A DNA stretch of 41,145 bases. Origin: a virus. Its lineage: Duplodnaviria > Heunggongvirae > Uroviricota > Caudoviricetes. The position numbers and the translations under genes were made by a program. Where the stretch lies: the IMG/VR virus record IMGVR_UViG_2531839440_000003, positions 1 through 41,145 of that record. One strand, 5' to 3'. Below, piece by piece: positions 1-7,395 of the stretch. Numbering within the stretch: the stretch's first letter is position 1; every line of letters starts with the position of its first letter. The notes beneath the pieces are model-generated. The model worked only from the letters and a program-made list of their open reading frames with translations, was not told the DNA's origin and did not search any database.

Positions 1-1020
1 CTACTTACTGACCACAAGCGGTAAATCCAGTGTTGGTGTGATTTTTGTTTTACGATCGTAAATCAACACCTGATTTTCTGTTTTGTGTCCACTGAAAATT
101 TGTTTGTCGCGACTGCTGCCTTCGTAATCTGAAATCCCTTTGGCTTTTATGTCATGGAAGTTGCACCCAAACGGAACGTCGGCTTTTTGCTCGGCTGCAC
201 GTTTGGCCTGATTCCACCAGTTGTTCAGTGTCTTAGCTATGACCTTCCCGCCTTTGGTTGTGTTGATCACATACTCGCATGTGCCGGAAGATACATTTCG
301 GGCTAACTGGATCGCCGTACGTAATCGTGGAGACCATTCCTTGATTTGTTTGGTGCCGGTCTTGTTTTGCTCAATGTAAATCCCTTTGTCCATAATATCC
401 TGCCATTTCAGCTCGAACACATCACCGAGCCTTGCCGCACAGAGATAGGATATCTCCATTGCAATACGTAACTGTGGAATTGCTTCCGCATATATCGCAG
501 CATACTGTTCATCGGTGATGTAAACGGTACGGGCTTTAAGCGTGAATTTTCTGACCCCTTTGCATGGATTATTTTTCACATACCCACGCTCATATCCCCA
601 TCCGTATACTCGACTCAGACTTGCCAGTTCATGGTTAGCCTGGGTCTTACTCTCAAGTCCCCGCTTATCCATGAAAATTCTTACCTGCTCAATTTTTACA
701 TTATCAGCAAGCACTTTTCCGAATACCGCCAACAATGCCCTTTGATGTTGCCGATAATCTTTTTGGGTTCGGGGGGCCAGTTCTGTAAATGCAGGGGAGT
801 CCATAAACATGTGCCATAATTTAGCTACAGTCATTATGTTGTGGAGTTTTGCTTTTTCCAGCTCATAATTTTGCCAGACTTTAGCTACGCTGGTTTCCCG
901 CAATCTTCCGAGCCCTATAGTTCTTGTGCTTCCTTCGGGTTTCCATACGTAACTGTAACCATTCGATCTAACTCGCGGTGGTAGTGCATTATCTTTTTTG
1001 TTTTTTCTTGGTCTTCCCAT
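1..1020 (-). CDS. int: Tyrosine site-specific recombinase (prophage integrase)
   Basis: 339-aa ORF at the prophage edge; translation resembles lambda-family integrases, with an N-terminal arm-binding-like region and C-terminal catalytic region; 3' end of Xis-like ORF overlaps its start. Assignment from recalled family features, not a search. Confidence 0.88.
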   Translation of the reverse strand: MGRPRKNKKDNALPPRVRSNGYSYVWKPEGSTRTIGLGRLRETSVAKVWQNYELEKAKLHNIMTVAKLWHMFMDSPAFTELAPRTQKDYRQHQRALLAVFGKVLADNVKIEQVRIFMDKRGLESKTQANHELASLSRVYGWGYERGYVKNNPCKGVRKFTLKARTVYITDEQYAAIYAEAIPQLRIAMEISYLCAARLGDVFELKWQDIMDKGIYIEQNKTGTKQIKEWSPRLRTAIQLARNVSSGTCEYVINTTKGGKVIAKTLNNWWNQAKRAAEQKADVPFGCNFHDIKAKGISDYEGSSRDKQIFSGHKTENQVLIYDRKTKITPTLDLPLVVSK

Positions 1021-1240
1021 TGTTCAGCGCCTCAAAATCGGGGTCAGCGGAAACCAGCTCAGGTGCTTTTGGCATCGTTGTCAGTCCGTGCGGAATATCC
1101 CTGCGAAGAACTATTGGTTCGTTTTTAGGACCGATTACAAATGGGATGCCGTGCAGCCTTAACTGGTGTTGTTGTTTTGTGTATCGCTTGTATTTCGTGA
1201 TCTCTTGAATCTCTGTTGGCGATAGCGTTAATTCGTACAT
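989..1240 (-). CDS. Putative excisionase (Xis-like small basic protein)
   Basis: 83-aa ORF immediately upstream of and overlapping int; begins MYELTL, reminiscent of lambda Xis (MYLTLQEW); basic C-terminus. Positional plus weak sequence resemblance. Confidence 0.5.
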   Translation of the reverse strand: MYELTLSPTEIQEITKYKRYTKQQHQLRLHGIPFVIGPKNEPIVLRRDIPHGLTTMPKAPELVSADPDFEALNNGKTKKKQKR

Positions 1241-1306
1241 GTGGTCACGCGTCTTACAGCATGACCGCCGTCAATATAATTCGGAGACGGCGATCAGGGG
1301 TGAACA

Positions 1307-3778
1307 TTAAAAATCAACCGGATTCGGGATCAGTTTTTGCCAGATTGCTGAAACGTATTTTGCCTGGTAACGGGCGTCATCAAGTGCATTATGGCGCTCA
1401 CCTTCGAATGGAATAGCCGTTCTGGCATCGAAGTCTATGGCTTTCCCCAGCTCAACGATTGTGCGTACATCGCGATCGTTGTAGTAACGCCACGGGCAGG
1501 GGATCCCCTGCCGTTCGTATGAACGGCGCAAAATCGTGTTGTCGAAGTTGGCTCCATTTCCCCAGACCTGAACAAAAAATTCGCCGGAGTTTTCGTCGAT
1601 AAATTCCCGCAATTGTAACAGTGCATCATCTAACGGGATTTCATCGGTCATAATGGCAGATTGCGCCTCGCGTGATTGCTTAAGCCACCATTTAATGGTG
1701 TCACGATCAATGACTCCGCCAGCAGTTTCCAGATCGATAGTCTTACTAAATTCCGGTCCCATATCTCCGGTTTGCGGATCGAAAAATATTGCACCTATTG
1801 AGATAATCGGGGCATCAGGATTTTTTCCCATGGTTTCAAGGTCGATCATTAGATGGTCACACGTCCTGCTGGTGGATGTGATAACGCGATGACCGTTCAC
1901 CGTAATTAAGGGATCTGCCGTCTCGCCAGTTTCACTATCGCTGGCGTGATCCTGAGCGCTGCCAGCATTCTCCTTGTGTGGGTGTTCAGCGCCTTCCATT
2001 TTCTCCGAATCGTCTTCCTGAACTTCAACCTGGTTCTTGTCATCGAATGTTTCCTGGTATGTTGCGTCGCCCATCACCGCACCACAATCAGGGCAGTTGC
2101 CACCACCGCTCTGACCGCAGGCGGTGCAGATTTTTTCCGGTTCCTGTTGCACTACTGGTTCAGGTTGTTTCGTTTCTGGCTCGTTTTGTTGCGTATTTGG
2201 GCTGTTTTGTTCCGCTTTCTGGTCGTTCTGTTCCGTTTCTTGCTGGTTCTGGTTCACAGTATCGCGGGTCTGGATCCCCTTAACCCATTTCGGATCATTC
2301 GGGTCGCTAATCCCTTCAATAAATTCACCACGTGATGCAGCAAGCAACTTATCGGCGTCAGGCTGGCTGATATTGGCTGCCTGCATAATTTTGTTTACTT
2401 CGTCAGCGGTAACTTTTACCGGTTCTGGCTGTGCGGTCGTGTCAGATGCACCAGTATTTTGTTGTGAACCTGAGTATGTACTGTTTTTGCGGGCGAAATA
2501 TTCTTCTTTCGTGATTTCAGTAGCCCCGGCAGCCAGCGCCTTATCCAGACCAGAAAGTTTGTTTGCGCGACCGTATTTTTCGCCATCCTTGTCGGTGAAG
2601 AGGAAGTAGAACGGCCCCTCACGCTCTACAGATGGTTCGACTTCCACTTTGCATTCGGTTTTTTCGTTGTCCGGAATTGCCGTTTCCACTGCATCAGTTT
2701 CTGGTACTGGCGACGAGAGAGTATCAGTTGCGCTCTGATTTGTTCCTTCATCTTCAAACACGCCCTTTGTAGTCAGGTATTCAGTAATGTATTTGTTCAG
2801 TGCCACAGGATCTTTGTGAATGTCGATCGGACGTTCACGGACAAGGCCAAAAATAGTCTGGCGGTCGTAGCGAAGGGCATCAGGCTGTTTGCGCATCGAT
2901 GCCGAGATACGCTTCCAGTCTTCGCGGTCGTTGTCGATAACTTCATTTTTTGCCCAGCGATGGATGCTGCCGTCAATGTTTCCGGCATCCACATCACCAG
3001 GCCAGAGAGCGTAGGCCAGTTCGTCATCCAGTGTTTTCCATGTCTGCTTGTATTCGCGATGAGTGGCAGCAATGACCGGGTTGATTTTTCCTGTTGAATT
3101 TTCAGTGTTCTGTTGATTGGCTCTGGCGCGGGCGAGATCAACAACAGACGTGTATTTTCCGGTTTCCTTGCGTTCACCTTCGCGACGTTTTTTCCAGATG
3201 CGCATCTCTGCCTGAATTTCGGGCCATTTAGCACCAGGAATACATTTATGCTTAACCCACCCAATGGCGTGCAACTTAAGCTCCGGATACATGGCGTTAA
3301 CTTCTGGCATTTTCATCAACGCTTCAACGATATGTCCGTCGAATGTTGCCATGTCTTCCTGCAACAGTTCCTGTGCACTAATCACCATATCAACGGTGAT
3401 GTTTTCACATGTGTCGAACTTAACCATGACAGCGTTCTGTACTTCAGGGGCCAGCTTGTCAAAAGTGACGTTCATCGGATTTGATTCAGTCTCAACCGGG
3501 ACAAAGGAAGCTGACTCCTCATCCCAGCGGTTTTCCTGCATATATTCAGCATCCCAGGAATCGAGGGCAGGGCGGGGTATACCGGGTTTATCCTCGCAAA
3601 CAAGAAATTTATAAGCGCAGTCCTGAGCAGCCGGATAATGTTCCAGGAATTGCCAGTGAAATTTTGCGCGGGCGCGACGTTCATCACCGGCTTCAATGGC
3701 AGTGGCTACAGCGACTGCACCTTCTTCCTTTATTGCCTGTTCGTCCGGAATGGCGGCGCAAATAAAGACTTTACTCAT
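1307..3778 (-). CDS. Phage exonuclease, C-terminal DEDDh (DnaQ-like) 3'-5' exonuclease domain, with Q/N/E-rich linker and Cys4 zinc ribbon
   Basis: 823-aa ORF; C-terminal motifs DLETMG (Exo I), WGNGANFD (Exo II), HNALDDARY (Exo III); central CTACG...CPDCG zinc ribbon; low-complexity QNxE linker encoded by degenerate DNA repeats near 2100-2300. Confidence 0.8.
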   Translation of the reverse strand: MSKVFICAAIPDEQAIKEEGAVAVATAIEAGDERRARAKFHWQFLEHYPAAQDCAYKFLVCEDKPGIPRPALDSWDAEYMQENRWDEESASFVPVETESNPMNVTFDKLAPEVQNAVMVKFDTCENITVDMVISAQELLQEDMATFDGHIVEALMKMPEVNAMYPELKLHAIGWVKHKCIPGAKWPEIQAEMRIWKKRREGERKETGKYTSVVDLARARANQQNTENSTGKINPVIAATHREYKQTWKTLDDELAYALWPGDVDAGNIDGSIHRWAKNEVIDNDREDWKRISASMRKQPDALRYDRQTIFGLVRERPIDIHKDPVALNKYITEYLTTKGVFEDEGTNQSATDTLSSPVPETDAVETAIPDNEKTECKVEVEPSVEREGPFYFLFTDKDGEKYGRANKLSGLDKALAAGATEITKEEYFARKNSTYSGSQQNTGASDTTAQPEPVKVTADEVNKIMQAANISQPDADKLLAASRGEFIEGISDPNDPKWVKGIQTRDTVNQNQQETEQNDQKAEQNSPNTQQNEPETKQPEPVVQQEPEKICTACGQSGGGNCPDCGAVMGDATYQETFDDKNQVEVQEDDSEKMEGAEHPHKENAGSAQDHASDSETGETADPLITVNGHRVITSTSRTCDHLMIDLETMGKNPDAPIISIGAIFFDPQTGDMGPEFSKTIDLETAGGVIDRDTIKWWLKQSREAQSAIMTDEIPLDDALLQLREFIDENSGEFFVQVWGNGANFDNTILRRSYERQGIPCPWRYYNDRDVRTIVELGKAIDFDARTAIPFEGERHNALDDARYQAKYVSAIWQKLIPNPVDF

Positions 3779-3858
3779 GTTGTTTTAACCTCATTACAGA
3801 TTTAAGGGTGAACAAATCCCTGCCATTGCTGACATATAAAAATGAAACCGGATATTAA

Positions 3859-4062
3859 TTACGGTGCTGTTTTAAGTCCTGCCGGGATTTCGTTATTATC
3901 CATGTGAATAACTTTATCGACCGGATAGCAGTTACCGGGAATTTTTTGTTCTGCTGCGGCAGCCATGCATTCTTTCATTGAACCGTAAATGTCAATAACC
4001 ATGTCAACAGGCTCGCCAGTATTAAGAAAAACAGTCAGAGTGAGGGCAATAGCAGTATTCAT
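3859..4062 (-). CDS. Small protein with hydrophobic N-terminus (positional equivalent of Qin ydfD)
   Basis: 67 aa from ATG at 4062 (AAGGA RBS 8 nt upstream); start overlaps upstream stop as ATGA; hydrophobic N-terminal segment MNTAIALTLTVFL. Confidence 0.45.
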   Translation of the reverse strand: MNTAIALTLTVFLNTGEPVDMVIDIYGSMKECMAAAAEQKIPGNCYPVDKVIHMDNNEIPAGLKTAP

Positions 4063-4247
4063 TGCCAGTATCCTTTTTGCATCGGGCGTAAACGTGCCAG
4101 CATTGAAAGAATGCATATTTTATTTAATAGCTCCCGTTCGTGTTTTCTCTTATTAATGGCATCTTCAGTAAATACAGGGTTACTGATTCTGACACCAATT
4201 TCAAAACAACCTTCAGACGTATTGACGTTTGGTAATAACGTTTCCAT
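4059..4247 (-). CDS. dicB: Cell-division inhibitor DicB-like protein (62 aa)
   Basis: Internal ATG of ORF 4059..4343 with GAGGA RBS 7 nt upstream; product METLLPNVNTSEGCFEIGV...NKICILSMLARL matches my recollection of E. coli DicB in sequence and exact length; lies downstream of the dicF-like hairpin as in Qin. Confidence 0.6.
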   Translation of the reverse strand: METLLPNVNTSEGCFEIGVRISNPVFTEDAINKRKHERELLNKICILSMLARLRPMQKGYWQ

Positions 4248-4430
4248 TATCGCGTCCTCAACAATGAATTTTGTGATGCGGTGCCTGGTGCCTCCAGGTG
4301 ACGTTAACCAGTTAATAATTAACGCCGGATACAGAGAACCCACCCATAAGAACCAATACGGAAGTCAACTGGCCTTTTTAACTGTTCCGCGTGCGCTGAG
4401 CCGCATTCACCGCATCACAAAATTCACTTT

Positions 4431-4490
4431 AAAAGGGGCGGGTATCATGGGAAAAACAAAACGGATACCCGCCAAAAGGTAATCAACATG
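4431..4490 (-). ncRNA. dicF: DicF-like sRNA 3' domain with intrinsic terminator (boundaries approximate)
   Basis: Minus-strand 10-bp perfect stem GGCGGGUAUC/GAUACCCGCC (4437..4446 with 4464..4473), 17-nt loop, followed by CCUUUU; preceded by UUUGGCGGG, resembling the DicF 3' hairpin as I recall it; 5' region differs from K-12 DicF. Directly upstream of dicB-like ORF. Confidence 0.4.
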
Positions 4491-4813
4491 GGTTGTTGCA
4501 GCGGGGTTGTCACTCAGGCGTATGGTCAACCTGACAACCCGGTGGACATTTGCGAGGAACGGAGAACCCCCGCCATACTTACCGCCGCGCCATTTCGCGG
4601 AGTGCCACAACCGGAAGCGCACGGTCGACGAAAATTTAACGACAGGCTATCTATGAACCAGCAACCTCGCCGTGCGCTTTCGCGTTATGCTCTGACTTTT
4701 CAGAGAAATATCCTTTCAGTAAACTGTCAGTGCCGGATGCTCACCCGTGTCCGGCGCACACACTCCACCTCACCTGTGGAGAACTCCTTAATTACCAACC
4801 CTCAGGAGGGTGA

Positions 4814-5047
4814 ATGTTAAAATCAACGCTTATTGCTAAATGCCTTTATCAAAATCGCATGGTAAGCAGCATTTCAATAAGCGAATCTGCAGTTAAAAGT
4901 ATTTTCGAAGAGTACTTTCCCGGGCATGATTTTAATAAATGGAATACCAAATTACCGCCAGCAGTTTCAACGCGTATTCTGAAAGCAACTGAAAGAGCAA
5001 GTACAATTCGCGTTAACTATTTCATTAAAGATTTGTGGGATCTTTGA
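4814..5047 (+). CDS. Hypothetical protein, low-GC, opposite orientation to the early-left operon
   Basis: 77-aa ORF with GGAGGG RBS 5-6 nt upstream; AT-rich codon usage unlike flanking phage genes; 3' end overlaps the convergent gene by 23 bp. Confidence 0.4.
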   Translation: MLKSTLIAKCLYQNRMVSSISISESAVKSIFEEYFPGHDFNKWNTKLPPAVSTRILKATERASTIRVNYFIKDLWDL

Positions 5048-5432
5048 TATCCACAGAGCCTAAAGTATGTGCATATGGATGTGCTATTGTGCGCCCCTGT
5101 AAATTTGCATCGTTTTCTAAATCTTTTGATTTCAACAGAACATCAGCAAGACTCTGAATCATGCAGAGATAATCAAAAACAGTTGCCGTTTCTGTTCTGA
5201 TTGCTGAAATAACATGACCATTCAGGCAAACAGAAATTACCCGTTCATCAATATCGTTTTCCTGTTTTTGATTATCAGAACCATATAGCCCTGAAAAAGC
5301 ATTGCGCACATTACGAACCATATTATCGATGGTTTCTTTTTTGGTGTGTGCCGGGTCAATTTTCACCAGACTATCACCGAGTGTCGTTGCAGCAATTATC
5401 TGGATTTCTTTTGGTAAATCTTTAAATTCCAT
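5025..5432 (-). CDS. Hypothetical protein, low-GC moron
   Basis: 135-aa ORF, no transmembrane segment evident, AT-rich; no Qin counterpart at this position between the ydfC-like gene and dicF-like RNA. Confidence 0.5.
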   Translation of the reverse strand: MEFKDLPKEIQIIAATTLGDSLVKIDPAHTKKETIDNMVRNVRNAFSGLYGSDNQKQENDIDERVISVCLNGHVISAIRTETATVFDYLCMIQSLADVLLKSKDLENDANLQGRTIAHPYAHTLGSVDIKDPTNL

Positions 5433-5454
5433 TATTAGCCTCGTTGGTTAACCA

Positions 5455-5673
5455 TTAACGTGGGTATGTAATCATTCTGGCAATGCTTAATGCCGCTGCT
5501 TTTTCCAGATTGGTGATATCCTGCTCCAGAGCGGACAGATTTTCAGCCTGCTTAGCCCTGGCTTCATTGGCCCATTTCAGATCCTGCGCAGCCTTAATTT
5601 TCTGGTGCATCCACTCATAAAGTTCATCATCGGTATAGTCTGGCGCGATGATGACGGGTTCTCGTTTCTGCAT
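5455..5673 (-). CDS. Small coiled-coil protein (72 aa; positional/length match to Qin YdfC)
   Basis: ATG at 5673 with GAGGA RBS; the longer track ORF 5455..5706 is an upstream in-frame extension. Confidence 0.5.
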   Translation of the reverse strand: MQKREPVIIAPDYTDDELYEWMHQKIKAAQDLKWANEARAKQAENLSALEQDITNLEKAAALSIARMITYPR

Positions 5674-5702
5674 ACTGATTCCTCGCGGTGCTGCTTCGCT
5701 TA

Positions 5703-5831
5703 TCAACCGTTAGATTTTGCCGAACTGGAAAGCGCCTGTTTAAATTCGCTGAAGCTGAGGGCTTCTTCGCCTTCGGCAAGGCCTTCGAAGTATTCTTCGT
5801 AAGCCTTTTCCATGATTGTGTCGAAATCCAT
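5703..5831 (-). CDS. Small acidic protein (42 aa; positional/length match to Qin YdfB)
   Basis: Below the 60-aa ORF-track cutoff; found by hand: MDFDTIMEKAYEEYFEGLAEGEEALSFSEFKQALSSSAKSNG; ATG lies 1 nt after the upstream stop. Confidence 0.45.
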   Translation of the reverse strand: MDFDTIMEKAYEEYFEGLAEGEEALSFSEFKQALSSSAKSNG

Positions 5832-5832
5832 A

Positions 5833-5988
5833 TCACTCACCTGAGTTTCTTTCCAGCCAGCGACGGGCACCATTTTCGGTTTTAAACGTTTTGCTTTTGG
5901 TATACGTCATCGCGGTGAACGTGCCGTCCTGGTTGGGAAACACGCCGTACACCAGAGATTCGTTGTTACCAAGATCGATAGTATCCAT
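5833..5988 (-). CDS. Small protein (51 aa; positional/length match to Qin YdfA)
   Basis: Internal ATG at 5988 with GAGG RBS 5 nt upstream; first gene of the leftward early operon. Confidence 0.45.
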   Translation of the reverse strand: MDTIDLGNNESLVYGVFPNQDGTFTAMTYTKSKTFKTENGARRWLERNSGE

Positions 5989-6101
5989 GTTGACCTCATT
6001 TCCCCTTAACGCCGGGTAGCGGAACTGTTTGCTGAGAACACCGTGCGGTGTCTTGATGGGTGGTAATTTAGTTTTCTCATGAGTGTTGGTCAAGTGCTTT
6101 T

Positions 6102-6117
6102 AATGAGAAAACTCAAT
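6102..6117. promoter_or_regulatory. Left operator: palindrome AATGAGAAAACTCAAT
   Basis: Near-identical to the palindrome at 6635..6650 on the other side of the repressor gene; core TGAGAAAACTCA is a perfect inverted repeat. Confidence 0.5.
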
Positions 6118-6177
6118 ATTTAATGCAAAATAAAGCCAATACATTGAAATGTAAGGCTTTAAAATTTGTGAAGGGGA

Positions 6178-6585
6178 TTACTGATGTTTGTTACGTTTGC
6201 GAGCTTCTAGTAGCTCGGTGAATAGGCGATTAAAATTCTCAACGCGGGCACGGAGTTCGCTGATTTGTGCTTGCTGCTCTGATTTTGGAAGTGCGCGATA
6301 CAATCGCAACATCTCCAACTCATCTTCCGATAAGTCTAAGGCGCTGTTGAGTGCAACTGGTGGATCTGGTGTTTTATCCTCGTCACCAAACAGTATCCAA
6401 GTTGGTGAACATTGCAATACCTCAGCCAGGCGATGCAAATTTTGCCCACGCGGGGCTGTATGGTCGCTTTCCCATAGTGAAATTGATGAGCCAGATACGC
6501 CAGCGGCTTTGCTTAAATCGTTTTGACTTAAACCAACCTGTTTGCGTCTTTCTCTAATTCGTTGACCTAAAGTTTTCTCGTTCAT
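6178..6585 (-). CDS. dicA: DicA-like HTH (XRE-family) prophage repressor
   Basis: 135-aa ORF with N-terminal HTH (LSQNDLSKAAGVSGSSISLWE) and the segment LQCSPTWILFGDEDK, which I recall from E. coli DicA; divergent from the Cro-like gene. Confidence 0.75.
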   Translation of the reverse strand: MNEKTLGQRIRERRKQVGLSQNDLSKAAGVSGSSISLWESDHTAPRGQNLHRLAEVLQCSPTWILFGDEDKTPDPPVALNSALDLSEDELEMLRLYRALPKSEQQAQISELRARVENFNRLFTELLEARKRNKHQ

Positions 6586-6662
6586 ATTTAGATATCTTAA
6601 TAACCCTTGACTTGAGATTCCTTGAGTGATTACTATTGAGAAAACTCAATTTTGGAGGGGTG
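6586..6662. promoter_or_regulatory. Divergent immunity promoter/operator region
   Basis: TTGACT -35-like hexamer near 6607, repeated CTTGAG half-sites, operator palindrome ATTGAGAAAACTCAAT at 6635..6650, then GGAGGGG RBS of the Cro-like gene. Confidence 0.5.
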
Positions 6663-6890
6663 ATGTTTAAATCAGACGTAATTAATTTTTATGGGACGAA
6701 AGCCAAAGTAGCGAAAGCTGCTGGTGTTGATCCATCTGCTGTTTCTCAATGGGGGGAACTGGTTCCTGAAGGTCGCGCGATGCGCCTGCAAGAGGCATCC
6801 GACGGGGAACTTCAGTACGACCCCAAAGTTTATGACGAATATCGTAAGGCAAAGCGGGCGGGGCGGTTGAACAATGAAAATCACCCCTGA
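6663..6890 (+). CDS. dicC: DicC/Cro-like small regulator
   Basis: 75 aa from ATG at 6663; segment VPEGRAMRLQEASDGELQYDPKVY matches what I recall of DicC; divergent from repressor. Confidence 0.6.
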   Translation: MFKSDVINFYGTKAKVAKAAGVDPSAVSQWGELVPEGRAMRLQEASDGELQYDPKVYDEYRKAKRAGRLNNENHP

Positions 6891-7395
6891 ACAGGTTTGT
6901 GAGGCTCTGGATGCCTGGGTATGTCGACCAGGAATGACACAGGAGCAGGCGACGATATTAATCACGGAAGCATTCTGGGCTCTGAAAGAACGCCCGAACA
7001 TCGATGTTCAACGCGTCACGTTTAATGATGGCGAGGTTGATCAACGGGCGCTGGGCGTTAACCGGGTGAAGATATTCGAACGCTGGAAAGCTATCGACAC
7101 CAGGGATAAGCGGAAAAAATTCACGGCGCTGATTCCGGCAATTATGGAGGCTATCCGGATTAATGATTTCAGGTTGTATCGTGAAATTACTGACGGAAAA
7201 AGCATTACGTACATGATCGCCGGGTTAAATAAAGAATATGGCGATGTGGTGGAATCCGGACTGCTTTTTGCAGATCCAGCTGTAGTGGATCGTGAAACTG
7301 ACGAACTTATAGAAAAAGCAATTGCTTTCAAGCTTGCGTATCGACAGCAATACCAACAAAAAGCTGGATGGAATTATGAGTCTTCTTTTTGCTGA
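6874..7395 (+). CDS. Hypothetical early regulatory protein (possibly YdaT/CII-like)
   Basis: 173-aa ORF between cro-like and replication genes; family assignment tentative. Confidence 0.4.
   Translation: MKITPEQVCEALDAWVCRPGMTQEQATILITEAFWALKERPNIDVQRVTFNDGEVDQRALGVNRVKIFERWKAIDTRDKRKKFTALIPAIMEAIRINDFRLYREITDGKSITYMIAGLNKEYGDVVESGLLFADPAVVDRETDELIEKAIAFKLAYRQQYQQKAGWNYESSFC

Noticed and set aside
4111-4482. 123-aa plus-strand ORF and the 4343-start extension of the minus ORF
   Set aside because: Mirror-image ORFs generated by the 18-bp inverted repeat and antisense to the dicB-like gene; the ATG at 4247 with GAGGA RBS gives the better model.
4488-4820. 110-aa plus-strand ORF in the GC-rich stretch
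   Set aside because: Arg-rich, no RBS, lies in a region dominated by hairpins; more likely non-coding (dicF precursor or leader).
4260-4830. Retron (msr/msd flanked by inverted repeats)
   Set aside because: No reverse transcriptase ORF nearby; the inverted repeat is better explained as a dicF/dicB processing structure.
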